In this document: positions 19,921 through 29,392 of the stretch, piece by piece
How positions within the stretch are numbered: position 1 is the first letter of the stretch
Layout: every line of letters starts with the position of its first letter
Assembly: GCA_965203355.1 (NCBI GenBank)
Contig: OZ241889.1
Coordinates: 992,001 to 1,056,000 of the forward strand
Length of the DNA: 64,000 nucleotides
Direction: 5' to 3'
From: Candidatus Latescibacterota bacterium
GTDB taxonomy: Bacteria > Latescibacterota > UBA2968 > UBA8231
Made by a program: the position numbers and the translations under genes
The notes under the pieces: model-generated
Told to the model about the DNA's origin: nothing
What the model saw: only the letters and a program-made list of their open reading frames with translations
The model's database searches: none

Positions 19921-21444
19921 ATGTCTTCGACTGGCCCCCGCTTATGGCCCCTCTATCTGCTCGTCGGCATCGTCGTCTTAGCGCTGCTGTGGATCTGGTT
20001 GCCCGAAGCCCCTCATCGCCAGCGACAGACGATGAGCACCATGGCCACCTTCGCGCTCGCCCTTTTCTTCGCGTTGCTCTGGCTGCTCTTTGCGTCGCGG
20101 CTGGCTTGGGGATGGCGGCTGCGCTATTTCGGCGGCATCGTCCTCGTCCTCGCGCTTGGCATCGGATGTTTTCGCATGAAAGGTCTGAGCGGCGACTTCG
20201 TGCCGGTCCTCGAATGGCGTTGGAGTACTGAGGATGAATCCACCGCGGTCGAAGGAGGGGACGCAACCGCGCTCGCCGCGCGCGATTGGCCGCAATTTCT
20301 CGGCCCCGAGCGCAACAGCCGCCTGCGCGGCGTCCACCTCGAGCGCGACTGGACCAAACATCCGCCGCGCGAAGTCTGGCGTCGCCCCGTCGGTGCGGCG
20401 TGGTCCTCTTTTGCCATTGTCGGGGGCCGGGCCGTAACGCAAGAGCAACACGGCCCCGAGTAACAGGTCGTCTGCTACGACTTGGCGACGGGCCGCAAGC
20501 TGTGGCAGCACGCCGACTCGACCCGCTACGAGAGCGCCGTAGCAGGCATCGGCCCGCGCGCTACGCCCACCATCGCTGGAGACCGGGTTTTCGCGCTGGG
20601 TGCTACTGGCATCCTCAACTGCTTAGAGCTGGACAGTGGGAAGTTGGTTTGGTCGCGGAACATTATCTCCAGCAACGAGGCGCAGGCCCATATGTGGGGC
20701 GTAAGCTGTTCGCCGCTGGTCCTCGACAGTTTGGTCGTGGTCAGCGCTGGAGGCCCGGCTGAGCGCTCGCTAGTGGCCTATCACCGCCAAACCGGCGCGT
20801 TTGTCTGGGGCGGGGGTGCGGATCGGGCCGGCTTCAGCTCGCCGCGGCTGGTCGCGTTGGCTGGACGCGAGCAGATCCTGATCTTCAATAGCCACAGCGT
20901 CGTAGCGCACGATCCGCAGAGTGGGGTTCCCCTCTGGCGCGAGCCTTGGGATCCGGTCGAATGCGTTGCCAATCCCCTGCCCTTGCGAGGCGATCGGGTT
21001 TTGGTCTCCACTGGCTACGGCATTGGCGCCAAGCTGTATCAAGTGAACGCTGCGCCCGATGGCGGCTTGACGACCGATATTGTCTGGAAAAGCCCCCGGC
21101 TCAAGGCCAAATTTGCCAACATGGTCTATCGCGATGGCTTTGTCTATGGCCTCGACGATGGGGTGCTGGTCTGCCTGGATCCGCAAGACGGCCAGCGGTG
21201 CTGGAAGCGCGGGCGCTACGGCCACGGCCAGCTCATCCTGATAGACGATATTCTGCTGATAATGAGCGAGTCCGGCGACGTGGTGCTGGTCGAGGCCCGC
21301 CCCGACCGCCACGTCGAACTAGCGCGGATGACGGCCTTTGATGGCAAAACCTGGAATCCCCCGGCCCTTGCTGCACCCTATCTGTTGGTGCGCACGGACA
21401 GGGAGGCCGCCTGTTACGAGTTGGCGCTTGCAGACGCCCCCTAG
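19921..21444 (+). pseudogene. Membrane-anchored PQQ-like beta-propeller protein interrupted by one in-frame TAA
   Basis: WPQFLGPERN...TQEQHGPE*QVVCYDLATGRKLW continues in the same frame; TAA at 20461-20463. Confidence 0.8.
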
Positions 21445-21468
21445 ACGCGAACTGGTAAGGAGAAAATC

Positions 21469-22338
21469 GTGGAAGACTATTCGCACGTTCAGAAGCCAGA
21501 CTTGGGCTACCGCTATGAGTTTGCCACCGACGAGCTCGACCGAATGGACGAATGCTTGGCGGCGCATGGCTTTGCGATAATCAAAGATGTGCTGCCGTCG
21601 GCGATCGTCGCCAAGCTCAAGCAGGCGGTGTGGGACGGCACGGACCCGGAGCGCGCGTTGCAGCCGGGCGAGAGCCGCACGCGACACGCTTGGATCGAGT
21701 CTGGGCCGGGTGCTTGGGAGTTGCTGGACTACGCGCCCTTCATGGCTATTCATCGGCACCTGATCGGCGCGGACGAGCTGACGATCCACCGCTCGGCGGC
21801 CATCATTCGCCGGAGCGGTTCCGCCCCGGTAACGTGGCATACCGATTGGTGCGGCTATTCGACTGAGATCAAAAATTCGGGCGATGTGCTCAATCGCGGG
21901 TTGTGGCCGTCGGGCAAGTGGTTCTACCTGACCGGCTCGCGGCCCGAGCACGGCGGCCTGTGCGTCATTGCGGATTCCCACGTCGAGAACTGGGCGGGGC
22001 CAGCGGGATTCTGCATGACGACCGACCGACGCTCCTTTTACCCGGCGGGCACGGAGGAACGCGCCTACAACGGCTTCGACATCCCCGGCCTCGTCCCGCT
22101 CTTCACCAACGGCGGCGACATGATCGTCTTCGCCCATCGCACGTATCACGGCGCGTTCCCCAACCGCATTGAAGAGCCGCGTCTTTCTTGCGCGATTGGC
22201 TTCCGCTCCCGCAGCCACCGCATCGAGATCCCGTGGGAAATCCCCGAGGAAGGCCAGTGGTTTTTAGCCAATCTACCCGATCACTTGCGCCGCTATACGG
22301 ACGGGTACACGAGCATCGATTTGGCGTGGCGGGGCTAG
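21469..22338 (+). CDS. PhyH-family dioxygenase
   Basis: WHTD, GGLCVIADSH, GDMIVF..RTYHGAFPN..R; RBS AAGGAG. Confidence 0.8.
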   Translation: MEDYSHVQKPDLGYRYEFATDELDRMDECLAAHGFAIIKDVLPSAIVAKLKQAVWDGTDPERALQPGESRTRHAWIESGPGAWELLDYAPFMAIHRHLIGADELTIHRSAAIIRRSGSAPVTWHTDWCGYSTEIKNSGDVLNRGLWPSGKWFYLTGSRPEHGGLCVIADSHVENWAGPAGFCMTTDRRSFYPAGTEERAYNGFDIPGLVPLFTNGGDMIVFAHRTYHGAFPNRIEEPRLSCAIGFRSRSHRIEIPWEIPEEGQWFLANLPDHLRRYTDGYTSIDLAWRG

Positions 22339-22456
22339 GGGCGATTCTGTAAGCAGGCCAGTACATGTCGGCGAAGGGGCATCGCCAGCGAGAACGAATA
22401 GAGCATGATGTTCTTTATTAGCAAAAGTGACAAAACGCGCTACTAAGGAGGAAAAT

Positions 22457-23341
22457 ATGGGACGATTTCACGGGGTGGTCCCGGCGATCATCAGCCCGAA
22501 AAACGAGGATGACACCCTAAACGAAGCGGCCTTCCGCGCCACAATGGAGTTTAACATACAAGCCGGCGTACACGGCTTTTGGGTCGCTGGCGGCACTGGC
22601 GAGAGCGTCCTGCTCGACGACGAGGAGAACCAACGCATCGCCGAGATCGCCGCCGACCAGAACGCAGGACGCACCCAAGTCATCATGCACGTGGGGGCCA
22701 ATACGACGGCCCGCGCCGAAAAACTAGCGGCCCACGCCGCCCGCGCCGGAGTGGAAGCTGTCTGTGCGGTCCCGCCCTTTTTCTACCGAGGCGACGACGA
22801 TGGCGTAGTAGCATATTATCGGGCTGTGGGAGCGGCGGCCGACCGGCCGCTGTTCATCTACAATTTGCCTAGCTGCACCGGTCTCGATGTCAGTCCAGCC
22901 CTGATGCAGCGTCTAGTTGAGGAAGTGCCCCAAACGGTCGGTTTGAAACACTCGTCGCCGGTATTCGCCAACCTGATCGAATTCGCTGGCATGGGGCTAG
23001 ACGCCTTTATCGGCAGCGGCAAGCTGATGTTGCCCGCCATGACCGTCGGCGCTGTCGGGTCGGTTGACGGTCCTTTGTGTGCAGCCCCGGAACTGTGGAT
23101 GGCCATTTGGAAGGCGTACCAAGCGGGCGATCTGGTCGCCGCAAAACAAGCTCAGCAACGGGCTAACGCCTTTCACCGCACCGTGGCGCAATTCGGCTAT
23201 TTCGGCAGTATCTTGGCCGTGGTCGGCCAGCGCATCGGGATGGAGTGCGGCGATCCTCGGCGTCCGTTGCGCCCGGTGCGCGATGACGAGCGCGAGACGC
23301 TGTTGGCGCAGGTGGCGGCTTTTGGGCTGGAGGGCGTATGA
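22457..23341 (+). CDS. Dihydrodipicolinate synthase/N-acetylneuraminate lyase family aldolase
   Basis: GVVPAIISP, GGTGES, VPPFFY, IYNLP, GLKHS; RBS AAGGAGG. Confidence 0.9.
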   Translation: MGRFHGVVPAIISPKNEDDTLNEAAFRATMEFNIQAGVHGFWVAGGTGESVLLDDEENQRIAEIAADQNAGRTQVIMHVGANTTARAEKLAAHAARAGVEAVCAVPPFFYRGDDDGVVAYYRAVGAAADRPLFIYNLPSCTGLDVSPALMQRLVEEVPQTVGLKHSSPVFANLIEFAGMGLDAFIGSGKLMLPAMTVGAVGSVDGPLCAAPELWMAIWKAYQAGDLVAAKQAQQRANAFHRTVAQFGYFGSILAVVGQRIGMECGDPRRPLRPVRDDERETLLAQVAAFGLEGV

Positions 23342-23374
23342 AAGCCGTATGATTTGAAGACCAGAGAGACTCGA

Positions 23375-23674
23375 ATGACTAACAAGACTCCCAACCCCAG
23401 CGACCCTATCGGCGGTATCGCCAAACAAATCTTACGGGAAGTTCCAGACGACATGCAGCGCGATTTGGCCCGAGGGGTCGCGATCCTCAAAGAAGCGGGC
23501 TGTCAGCAGGTGTATGTTTTCGGCTCAATCGTTGAAGGCCACGTCCGGCCCGATTCCGATATTGACTTTGCGGTCCGCGGCTGCCCCGCGAAACTGTTCT
23601 TCAAACTCGGGCCATTCCTGCATTTTCATCGCCCACAACATCCATCGCGTCTTTGCGGTCGTGGGGATGGCTAG
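23375..23674 (+). pseudogene. Minimal nucleotidyltransferase (MNT antitoxin-like), probably 3'-truncated
   Basis: VYVFGS...SDIDFAVRG present; the expected VDLV strand is missing and no HEPN gene follows. Confidence 0.65.
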
Positions 23675-24960
23675 GGGTTGACCGCGTTGTCGGCGATGGA
23701 TACCTCGCCCGATGCCGCGCGGTCGGCCAAGGCTTGGGCTTCGCTCGTAGGTAAGTTGCCGTTTTCAACGATGAGTACGTTGCCCCCAATGCCGACGAGA
23801 TTGGCCAGCCCGGCGAGGCTCGCCAGTTTTTCGTTTTCGTAGATGTTGAGGTTTTGGGCGACTTGCGCCAGGCTTTCTAACCCGGCCAACGCGACTAGTT
23901 TTTCGTTGTTGTAAATGTTGAGGTTGCCGCCGACGCGGCTGAGGCTCGTCAGCCCGGCGAGGCTCGTCAGCCGCGGGTTGCTGTAAATGCTCAGGTCTTG
24001 GCCGACGTCCGTTAGGCTGGATAGATCCTCGACCCGGTCCAACGCGGCATTGCGCCCGAGGCGGAAGCTGCCGCCGATTTTCTGGAGAGACGATACATCT
24101 TCTAGCGCGGTGAGGGCCAAGTTGTCCTCGATAGCGAAATCACCGCCAACGCGGCTGAGATTCGAGAGGTCTTCTATGAGTTCGAGCGAGGGATTAAACG
24201 CGATGGTGAAGCTACCGCCGACCGCAGTGAGGCCGAACAGGCCGTCGATATGAGCCAATTGGTTGTTGTTGTCGATGCGCGCGTTGCCGCCGACCGCGTT
24301 GAGTTTGATTAGACCATCCACGGCGGTCAGCTTGTCGTTGTGGGAGACGCGGAAGTGCCCGCCGATAGTACTGAGAAAGGACAGCCCTTCGATATCGAGG
24401 AGCTCGTCGTTGTCGCGGATGGTGACATCGCCACCTACAGAGGCGAGATCGACCAGCCCCTCAAAGTTTTTGAGTTCGTCGTTGTCGTAGATGGCGAGGT
24501 TGCCATCTATGGCACTGAGCTGTTTCAAGCCCTCAAAAAGGGCGAGGTCTAGGCGCGTGATTTCGAGGTCTCCAGCAATGGTGTAATTGCATCCTCCCGC
24601 CTTCTCCAGCGCGTCGGCGTCTTCGCGCGAGCGCACGATGCGGTCGCCCGGCAGAACGTTGCCAGCACAATCGCCGCCCAAGATGCCAACCACGCCCGGA
24701 TCCTTGCCGCACCCGGCCAAGACGAGCAACAAGACGAATAGGTTGGCGGCGGCGATCAAGCTAGGTACCCGAGCGCGTACAGGCGTTTTTGCCGGCTGTT
24801 GTTCCTCGAACCGACATCTGTTGGTATGCGTATTGTGCGTGTGCGATGGGTCAGCGCAAACCAAGTCGTCGCGCCCGTGTGGATTGACGCGACTGCTGAC
24901 CACTGGCCACTGACCACTACACTCTGCGGCCGGCGCACTTGAGGATAGACGAGAAGGCAT
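23671..24960 (-). CDS. Receptor L-domain (leucine-rich beta-solenoid) lipoprotein
   Basis: LAGC lipobox followed by about 11 repeats of 25 aa (LxxLxxVGGxLxIxxNxxL); the true start is probably nearer 24760. Confidence 0.75.
   Translation of the reverse strand: MPSRLSSSAPAAECSGQWPVVSSRVNPHGRDDLVCADPSHTHNTHTNRCRFEEQQPAKTPVRARVPSLIAAANLFVLLLVLAGCGKDPGVVGILGGDCAGNVLPGDRIVRSREDADALEKAGGCNYTIAGDLEITRLDLALFEGLKQLSAIDGNLAIYDNDELKNFEGLVDLASVGGDVTIRDNDELLDIEGLSFLSTIGGHFRVSHNDKLTAVDGLIKLNAVGGNARIDNNNQLAHIDGLFGLTAVGGSFTIAFNPSLELIEDLSNLSRVGGDFAIEDNLALTALEDVSSLQKIGGSFRLGRNAALDRVEDLSSLTDVGQDLSIYSNPRLTSLAGLTSLSRVGGNLNIYNNEKLVALAGLESLAQVAQNLNIYENEKLASLAGLANLVGIGGNVLIVENGNLPTSEAQALADRAASGEVSIADNAVNP
24894..24920. 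repeat. Short heptamer tandem repeat (minus strand AGTGGTC/AGTGGCC)
   Basis: ctgctgaccactggccactgaccacta. Confidence 0.5.
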
Positions 24961-25159
24961 CCGTCTTCAGTCAGGTCGCCGGGGTGTGCGCGGACGGACT
25001 CGTCGGCTTGGGAAACTTTTTTGTCGGACAAGGCCGCTGCGTTTTGCACGGGTTGCAACTCAGGGCTTGGCGTGAAAAAATGTTGCGAGAATATACGCAT
25101 AGAGGCGTCTGATGCGAACATTAGGTAGATTTAGCTAACCGACCAACGAAAGGAGCCCC

Positions 25160-26116
25160 ATGTCTTTCAAGTTCGTCTTTCTGTCACCTGCCAGCGATTT
25201 AGCCGCTGCTATGTCCGAAGCGGTCCCCACGATGGAGATCGTCCAATGCGAAAGCCGCGCCGAAGCCCTAGCGGCTTTGCCTACGGCGCAAGCCTGTTTC
25301 GGGACTTTGGATCCCGCGCTGTTGGCCGCGGCCGTCCAACTCAAGTGGTTGGCCGCCCCAGCGGCCGGCCCGCCCAAGGGGTATTACTTCCCGGAACTCA
25401 TTGCCAGCGACGTGGTGGTGACCAATTTCCGCGGCATTTTCAACGACCACATCTCCGCCCACATCATGGCCTTTGTGCTGGTGCTCTCGCGCGGTATGCA
25501 CCGCTACTTCCGCGACCAGTTCGCCGGCCAATGGCGCAGCAGCGGCGAGTCGAGCCCCTCGACCTATCTGCCCGAAGCTACCGCGCTGATCGTCGGCGTC
25601 GGCGGGATTGGCGCAGAGACCGCGCGTCAGTGCAAGCACTGGGGCATGACGACCATTGGCATTGATCCGCGCGTTGAGTCGCCGCCGCCGGGCATTGACG
25701 AATTATATCGCCCGGACGCGCTCGACCCGCATCTGCCGAGAGCGGATTTCGTCATTCTCACCGTGCCGCAGACGCCGCAAACCGAGGGCTTTTTCACCAG
25801 TGCCCGGTTTGAGCAGATGAAGACCAGCGCGTACTTCGTCAACATCGGTCGCGGCGCAAACGTCAAATTGGCCGATCTCGACCAAGCCCTGCGCGAGGGC
25901 CAGATCGCCGGGGCAGCCTTGGATGTGTTTGAGCAAGAGCCGCTGCCGCCGGAGCACCCGCTGTGGACGGCCCCGAACTTCCTGATGACTCCGCACGTGG
26001 CCGCGGCTGGCCCTTATCTGAACGAGCGCCGGCGCGACCTAATGGTGGAGAATTGCAAGCGCTTTGCCCGCGGCGCGGCGCTGGTAAATGTGGTGGATAA
26101 AGCGAACTGGTTCTGA
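25160..26116 (+). CDS. D-2-hydroxyacid dehydrogenase
   Basis: IVGVGGIG, FVNIGRG, AALDVFEQEPL, MTPHVA. Confidence 0.92.
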   Translation: MSFKFVFLSPASDLAAAMSEAVPTMEIVQCESRAEALAALPTAQACFGTLDPALLAAAVQLKWLAAPAAGPPKGYYFPELIASDVVVTNFRGIFNDHISAHIMAFVLVLSRGMHRYFRDQFAGQWRSSGESSPSTYLPEATALIVGVGGIGAETARQCKHWGMTTIGIDPRVESPPPGIDELYRPDALDPHLPRADFVILTVPQTPQTEGFFTSARFEQMKTSAYFVNIGRGANVKLADLDQALREGQIAGAALDVFEQEPLPPEHPLWTAPNFLMTPHVAAAGPYLNERRRDLMVENCKRFARGAALVNVVDKANWF

Positions 26117-26122
26117 GCGCGT

Positions 26123-26746
26123 CTAGGGCTGGGTGCCCGTGATGAGCAGGTACGCGTCGGCTTTGACCTCGCCGTCAACCGCCCACTCTTTGAGTTCGCC
26201 GCCGAGTTTCCCGATGACCTTCTCGCTCAGCTCGTGAAAGGGCGGGCGCCCTGGGTCGGCGATGATGATCTGCCCGACCTCGACCTCGACCGCCTTTTTG
26301 ATCAGCCTGTAGAGCGGCTTGACCATGTCGTCCCAGAAGCAAATATCGGCTCCGATGATCAGGTTGGTTTGGCGCAGGTCTTTCTTTTTTACCTTCTCGA
26401 ACTTGCAGCGATAGGTATCTATCTCAACGCCGTTGATCTCGGCGTGTAGTTGCAAATAGGGAAAGACCGCTGCATCCGCGTCCATTCCCGTGACGTCGGC
26501 ACCGTGGTTTTTAGCGCAGTATATCCCGGCGAGGCCCCAACCGCAGCCTATGTCCAAAACCCGCGCCTTTGGCGGTAGCCCCTGATGCGATAGAAAGTCC
26601 ATCACGCACCAACTCGAACTCCAGAATTTGTTGCCGTGGATACAGGGTTCGTGCTTCTTTTTTTGGGCACGCACGCGAGGGTGAGCGGCTTTGAGTACCG
26701 TGATGCCATACGCTTGGCGCGAGGTTTTCTTTTTTTGTCTAGCCAT
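26123..26746 (-). CDS. Class I SAM methyltransferase (lysine/protein methyltransferase-like)
   Basis: HGNKFWSSS, VLDIGCGWG, GADICF, IADPGR. Confidence 0.85.
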   Translation of the reverse strand: MARQKKKTSRQAYGITVLKAAHPRVRAQKKKHEPCIHGNKFWSSSWCVMDFLSHQGLPPKARVLDIGCGWGLAGIYCAKNHGADVTGMDADAAVFPYLQLHAEINGVEIDTYRCKFEKVKKKDLRQTNLIIGADICFWDDMVKPLYRLIKKAVEVEVGQIIIADPGRPPFHELSEKVIGKLGGELKEWAVDGEVKADAYLLITGTQP

Positions 26747-26773
26747 TTCGTTCTGCTGATTCCCACCGGAAAG

Positions 26774-27553
26774 TTAGAATCCCCACACGTGCGCCGCGGT
26801 CTTTCCCATGACCCACTCAATATCGTCGCCATCGGCGAAAGCTCGATGTTCAAGGACGCCGCGCAACGTGTTGGCGTAGCCTTCTCTGCCTGCGCTGGGC
26901 GGGAAGTCGCTGCCCCACATCATGCGTTGTACGCCGAATGCGTCCTTGGCTCGCTCGAAAAGCGGCGGCACGTGGTCGAATTTGAGCGCGGGCAAAAGGC
27001 GCGGCGGGCGGGCGCAAATTTCGCCCAAGCCGGGGACTTTGATGCTGGTGTTGTCGCGTTCGCCGTGTTGCAGTGCTTTGGCGTAATCGGCGTAAGGCGG
27101 CTCGGCAATCCCCACGCCGGCGAGATGTTCGAGGATGACGTGCGTATCCGGGCACGCATCGAGTACGCGCGAGAAGGCGTCGGCCGCGAACTGGGCTGCG
27201 TTGCCGATGCTTGAGACGACGAGGCCGAGTTCGCCGGCTCTGCGCCAGATGTCGTACGGACCGGCGTGGGCGAACCGATCATTCGGGGCCAGGCGAACGC
27301 CAGCGGCTCCTTGTTCTGCGAGTTGGGCGAGATCGCCGAGTGGATCGCGGGACTCGGGATCCACGAGGACTGCAACCTTGAACCGGCCCGGTCGCTTGGC
27401 GGCTTCTTGGAGGAGGTAGGTGTTGTCGTAGGTGCCGCCGTGTTGGATGAGGACGGCCTGGTCAACGCCGTTGCGGTCCATCTCGAATTCGAGCGTTTCG
27501 ATAGGCTCGAACCAGTTGTTACCGGCGTGGCAGTGTGCGTCGATTATCAGCAT
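26774..27553 (-). CDS. Amidohydrolase_2 family protein (lactonase-like)
   Basis: IIDAHCH, GVRL, ILEHLA, MWGSDFP. Confidence 0.88.
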   Translation of the reverse strand: MLIIDAHCHAGNNWFEPIETLEFEMDRNGVDQAVLIQHGGTYDNTYLLQEAAKRPGRFKVAVLVDPESRDPLGDLAQLAEQGAAGVRLAPNDRFAHAGPYDIWRRAGELGLVVSSIGNAAQFAADAFSRVLDACPDTHVILEHLAGVGIAEPPYADYAKALQHGERDNTSIKVPGLGEICARPPRLLPALKFDHVPPLFERAKDAFGVQRMMWGSDFPPSAGREGYANTLRGVLEHRAFADGDDIEWVMGKTAAHVWGF

Positions 27554-27718
27554 TTGGAGTTGCCTTTCAATCAGGATTCTTTGCCGCGCAAAAGTGTAGA
27601 TGTGTTACGCGGCTTCTTCAGGGCCTAAAATTTGTGGGTGTTGAGCGATGCTACTTGAAGATCGGGTGAACATCTTGTTGAGAAACAGTGGTGTATCTTT
27701 GACAGGACGCCCATGGAA

Positions 27719-28297
27719 TCACGTTTCCCAGTTTGATCTGTACGAACGGTTTTCGAGGCGTTCTGCAAGTTCAGTCAGCACGGCTAGAGACCTGTTTAAC
27801 CGGGCCGTCGTTGCGTCGTCGAGTTCACCGCCCGCCGCCCAATTGCCGTTGTGAGCGTACACGTTATACGGACTAATAATGCACTTGAAATCTAGCATGA
27901 GGGATGTTGCCAGCGACGCGAATGCCATATAGCTATGCGGCGATCCACCTGCATTGACGAACATCACTATCTTGTCGTAGAAAGCTCCTTTGCGCGACCC
28001 GTCTGGTGGCGTAGAGCCTATATACTCGACGAATTTCTTGAGTTCGGCGCAACACGCCCAGTTGTACACCGGACTCGCCAAGATAACGGCATTAGCTGCC
28101 GCAATGATCCCATGGCACGATTGGTACGCCTCGGATGAATAGATCGCGTCGTTGTCGAAGTTTGGCGGATCAAGTTGTCGAAGATCAATAAAGTCAACAC
28201 AAATACCTTTGTCCTGCAAAGCGGTGCGACACATGGTAGCAAGCACCTTGCTGTTACTATCGGGATCAAGGCTACTGCTGACGACTGAAATCCTCAT
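27719..28297 (-). CDS. NADPH-dependent FMN reductase
   Basis: SSSLDPDSNS, ASPVYNW, LKKF; flavodoxin fold. Confidence 0.85.
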   Translation of the reverse strand: MRISVVSSSLDPDSNSKVLATMCRTALQDKGICVDFIDLRQLDPPNFDNDAIYSSEAYQSCHGIIAAANAVILASPVYNWACCAELKKFVEYIGSTPPDGSRKGAFYDKIVMFVNAGGSPHSYMAFASLATSLMLDFKCIISPYNVYAHNGNWAAGGELDDATTARLNRSLAVLTELAERLENRSYRSNWET

Positions 28298-28334
28298 CTG
28301 AATCTCCTAACGTGTGCTGAGTTGCGAACTTTCT

Positions 28335-28730
28335 TCACGTCGAAGATCGGGAAAATCTATCTAGACCGGCCGGAATATTGGACCACGGGACGGCCATTTC
28401 GGTCCAGATTTCTCTGGTGGGTCGCAGGTCTTCGGAATGGTCTAGGGTGCCGGCCTTGATAAACACCAAGTCTGGGTAACGGGTGAACAATTGTGAACCA
28501 CACGTTGGGCAGAATTCGCGAATCTTTGTGTGGCCTTCGTCGTTGGTAGATTCGTATCCCTTGGTTTTGCCGCTTAGTTGAAATGTGGACGCTGGCACGC
28601 CGACTCCAACGTTGAAAGCGCTGCCTGTAACCCTACGGCAGTCGTCACAGTGGCAATAGGTTACAGATTGGGGCTCGGCGGTGCTTACATAGCGGACCGC
28701 CCCGCAAAGACATCGACCTGTTAGCGTCAT
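28335..28730 (-). CDS. GFA (glutathione-dependent formaldehyde-activating) family protein
   Basis: GRCLCGAVRY, CHCDDCRR, FCPTCGS. Confidence 0.92.
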   Translation of the reverse strand: MTLTGRCLCGAVRYVSTAEPQSVTYCHCDDCRRVTGSAFNVGVGVPASTFQLSGKTKGYESTNDEGHTKIREFCPTCGSQLFTRYPDLVFIKAGTLDHSEDLRPTREIWTEMAVPWSNIPAGLDRFSRSST

Positions 28731-28742
28731 TGATAGTCCTGA

Positions 28743-28887
28743 GAAGCGTTTTTAAAGTTATTCTTAATTGTTTTTTGATCCCCCAAAAAGCCTAGTAGTA
28801 CTGGAGTCTCGCCCTCGGAAAACGCCCGATATAGGAACCGCTCGACCGCCCGTTGAAGTAGTCCGACGAGAATCTTAAAAAGGCTTC
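28743..28887. mobile_element. MITE copy 2
   Basis: GAAGCGTTTTTAAAGTT ... AATCTTAAAAAGGCTTC; internal CCTAGTAG..GTCTCGCC.TCGGAAAACGCCCGAT..AGGAACCGCTCGAC.GCCCGTTGAAGTAGT.CGACGAGAAT shared with 6248-6391; TGA/TTA flanks. Confidence 0.8.
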
Positions 28888-28921
28888 TTAGATAAACGAT
28901 CAGGCTGTAACTTTGACCGTA

Positions 28922-29140
28922 CTATAAGAGAATCACAAATGGACATCGCTGTTGTGCGAGTTCCCAATTCTCCGTGTAGATCATACCATGCCGAAACATG
29001 TCGCAGAGCGCGTTTGGAAAATTGGCCTTCATATCGACCGTGATGTCATAGTCACCGTATATAGCGTGGAAATGGGATGGTCCAGGCTCTCGATGAAACA
29101 CACCAATCGCGATCCCAAGAAATCAGCTAATTTCCGGCAT
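28922..29140 (-). pseudogene. DUF4160-family (TA-module) pseudogene
   Basis: Manual translation MPEIS*FLGIAI...SHFHAIYGDY..., then a shifted frame RALRHVSAWYDLH, then ENWELAQQR. Confidence 0.7.
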
Positions 29141-29392
29141 GGTTGTATTTTGTAACCTGACCCGCGCAGTAGGTTGCCGAATGGTGCTGTTAAACGTCAG
29201 GAAGGTACGCATTGATGTGAAAAGTCGCAATCAGTTCTACGGAGCTGAAATACGCTGTGTTCAGAAGGTTGGGATAGACGCTTCGGATTGTCCCGCGACC
29301 CATCGCAAATCGGTCTGGCGCATGAGTTCCTTTTTTCTTTTTTTGCCCATTGTACTTCGCTGGATAAAAGCTATCAACAAAGGATTTTCCCT

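Noticed and set aside
20461-20463. Programmed readthrough or alternative genetic code
   Set aside because: TAA, TAG and TGA all terminate conserved housekeeping genes normally in this window
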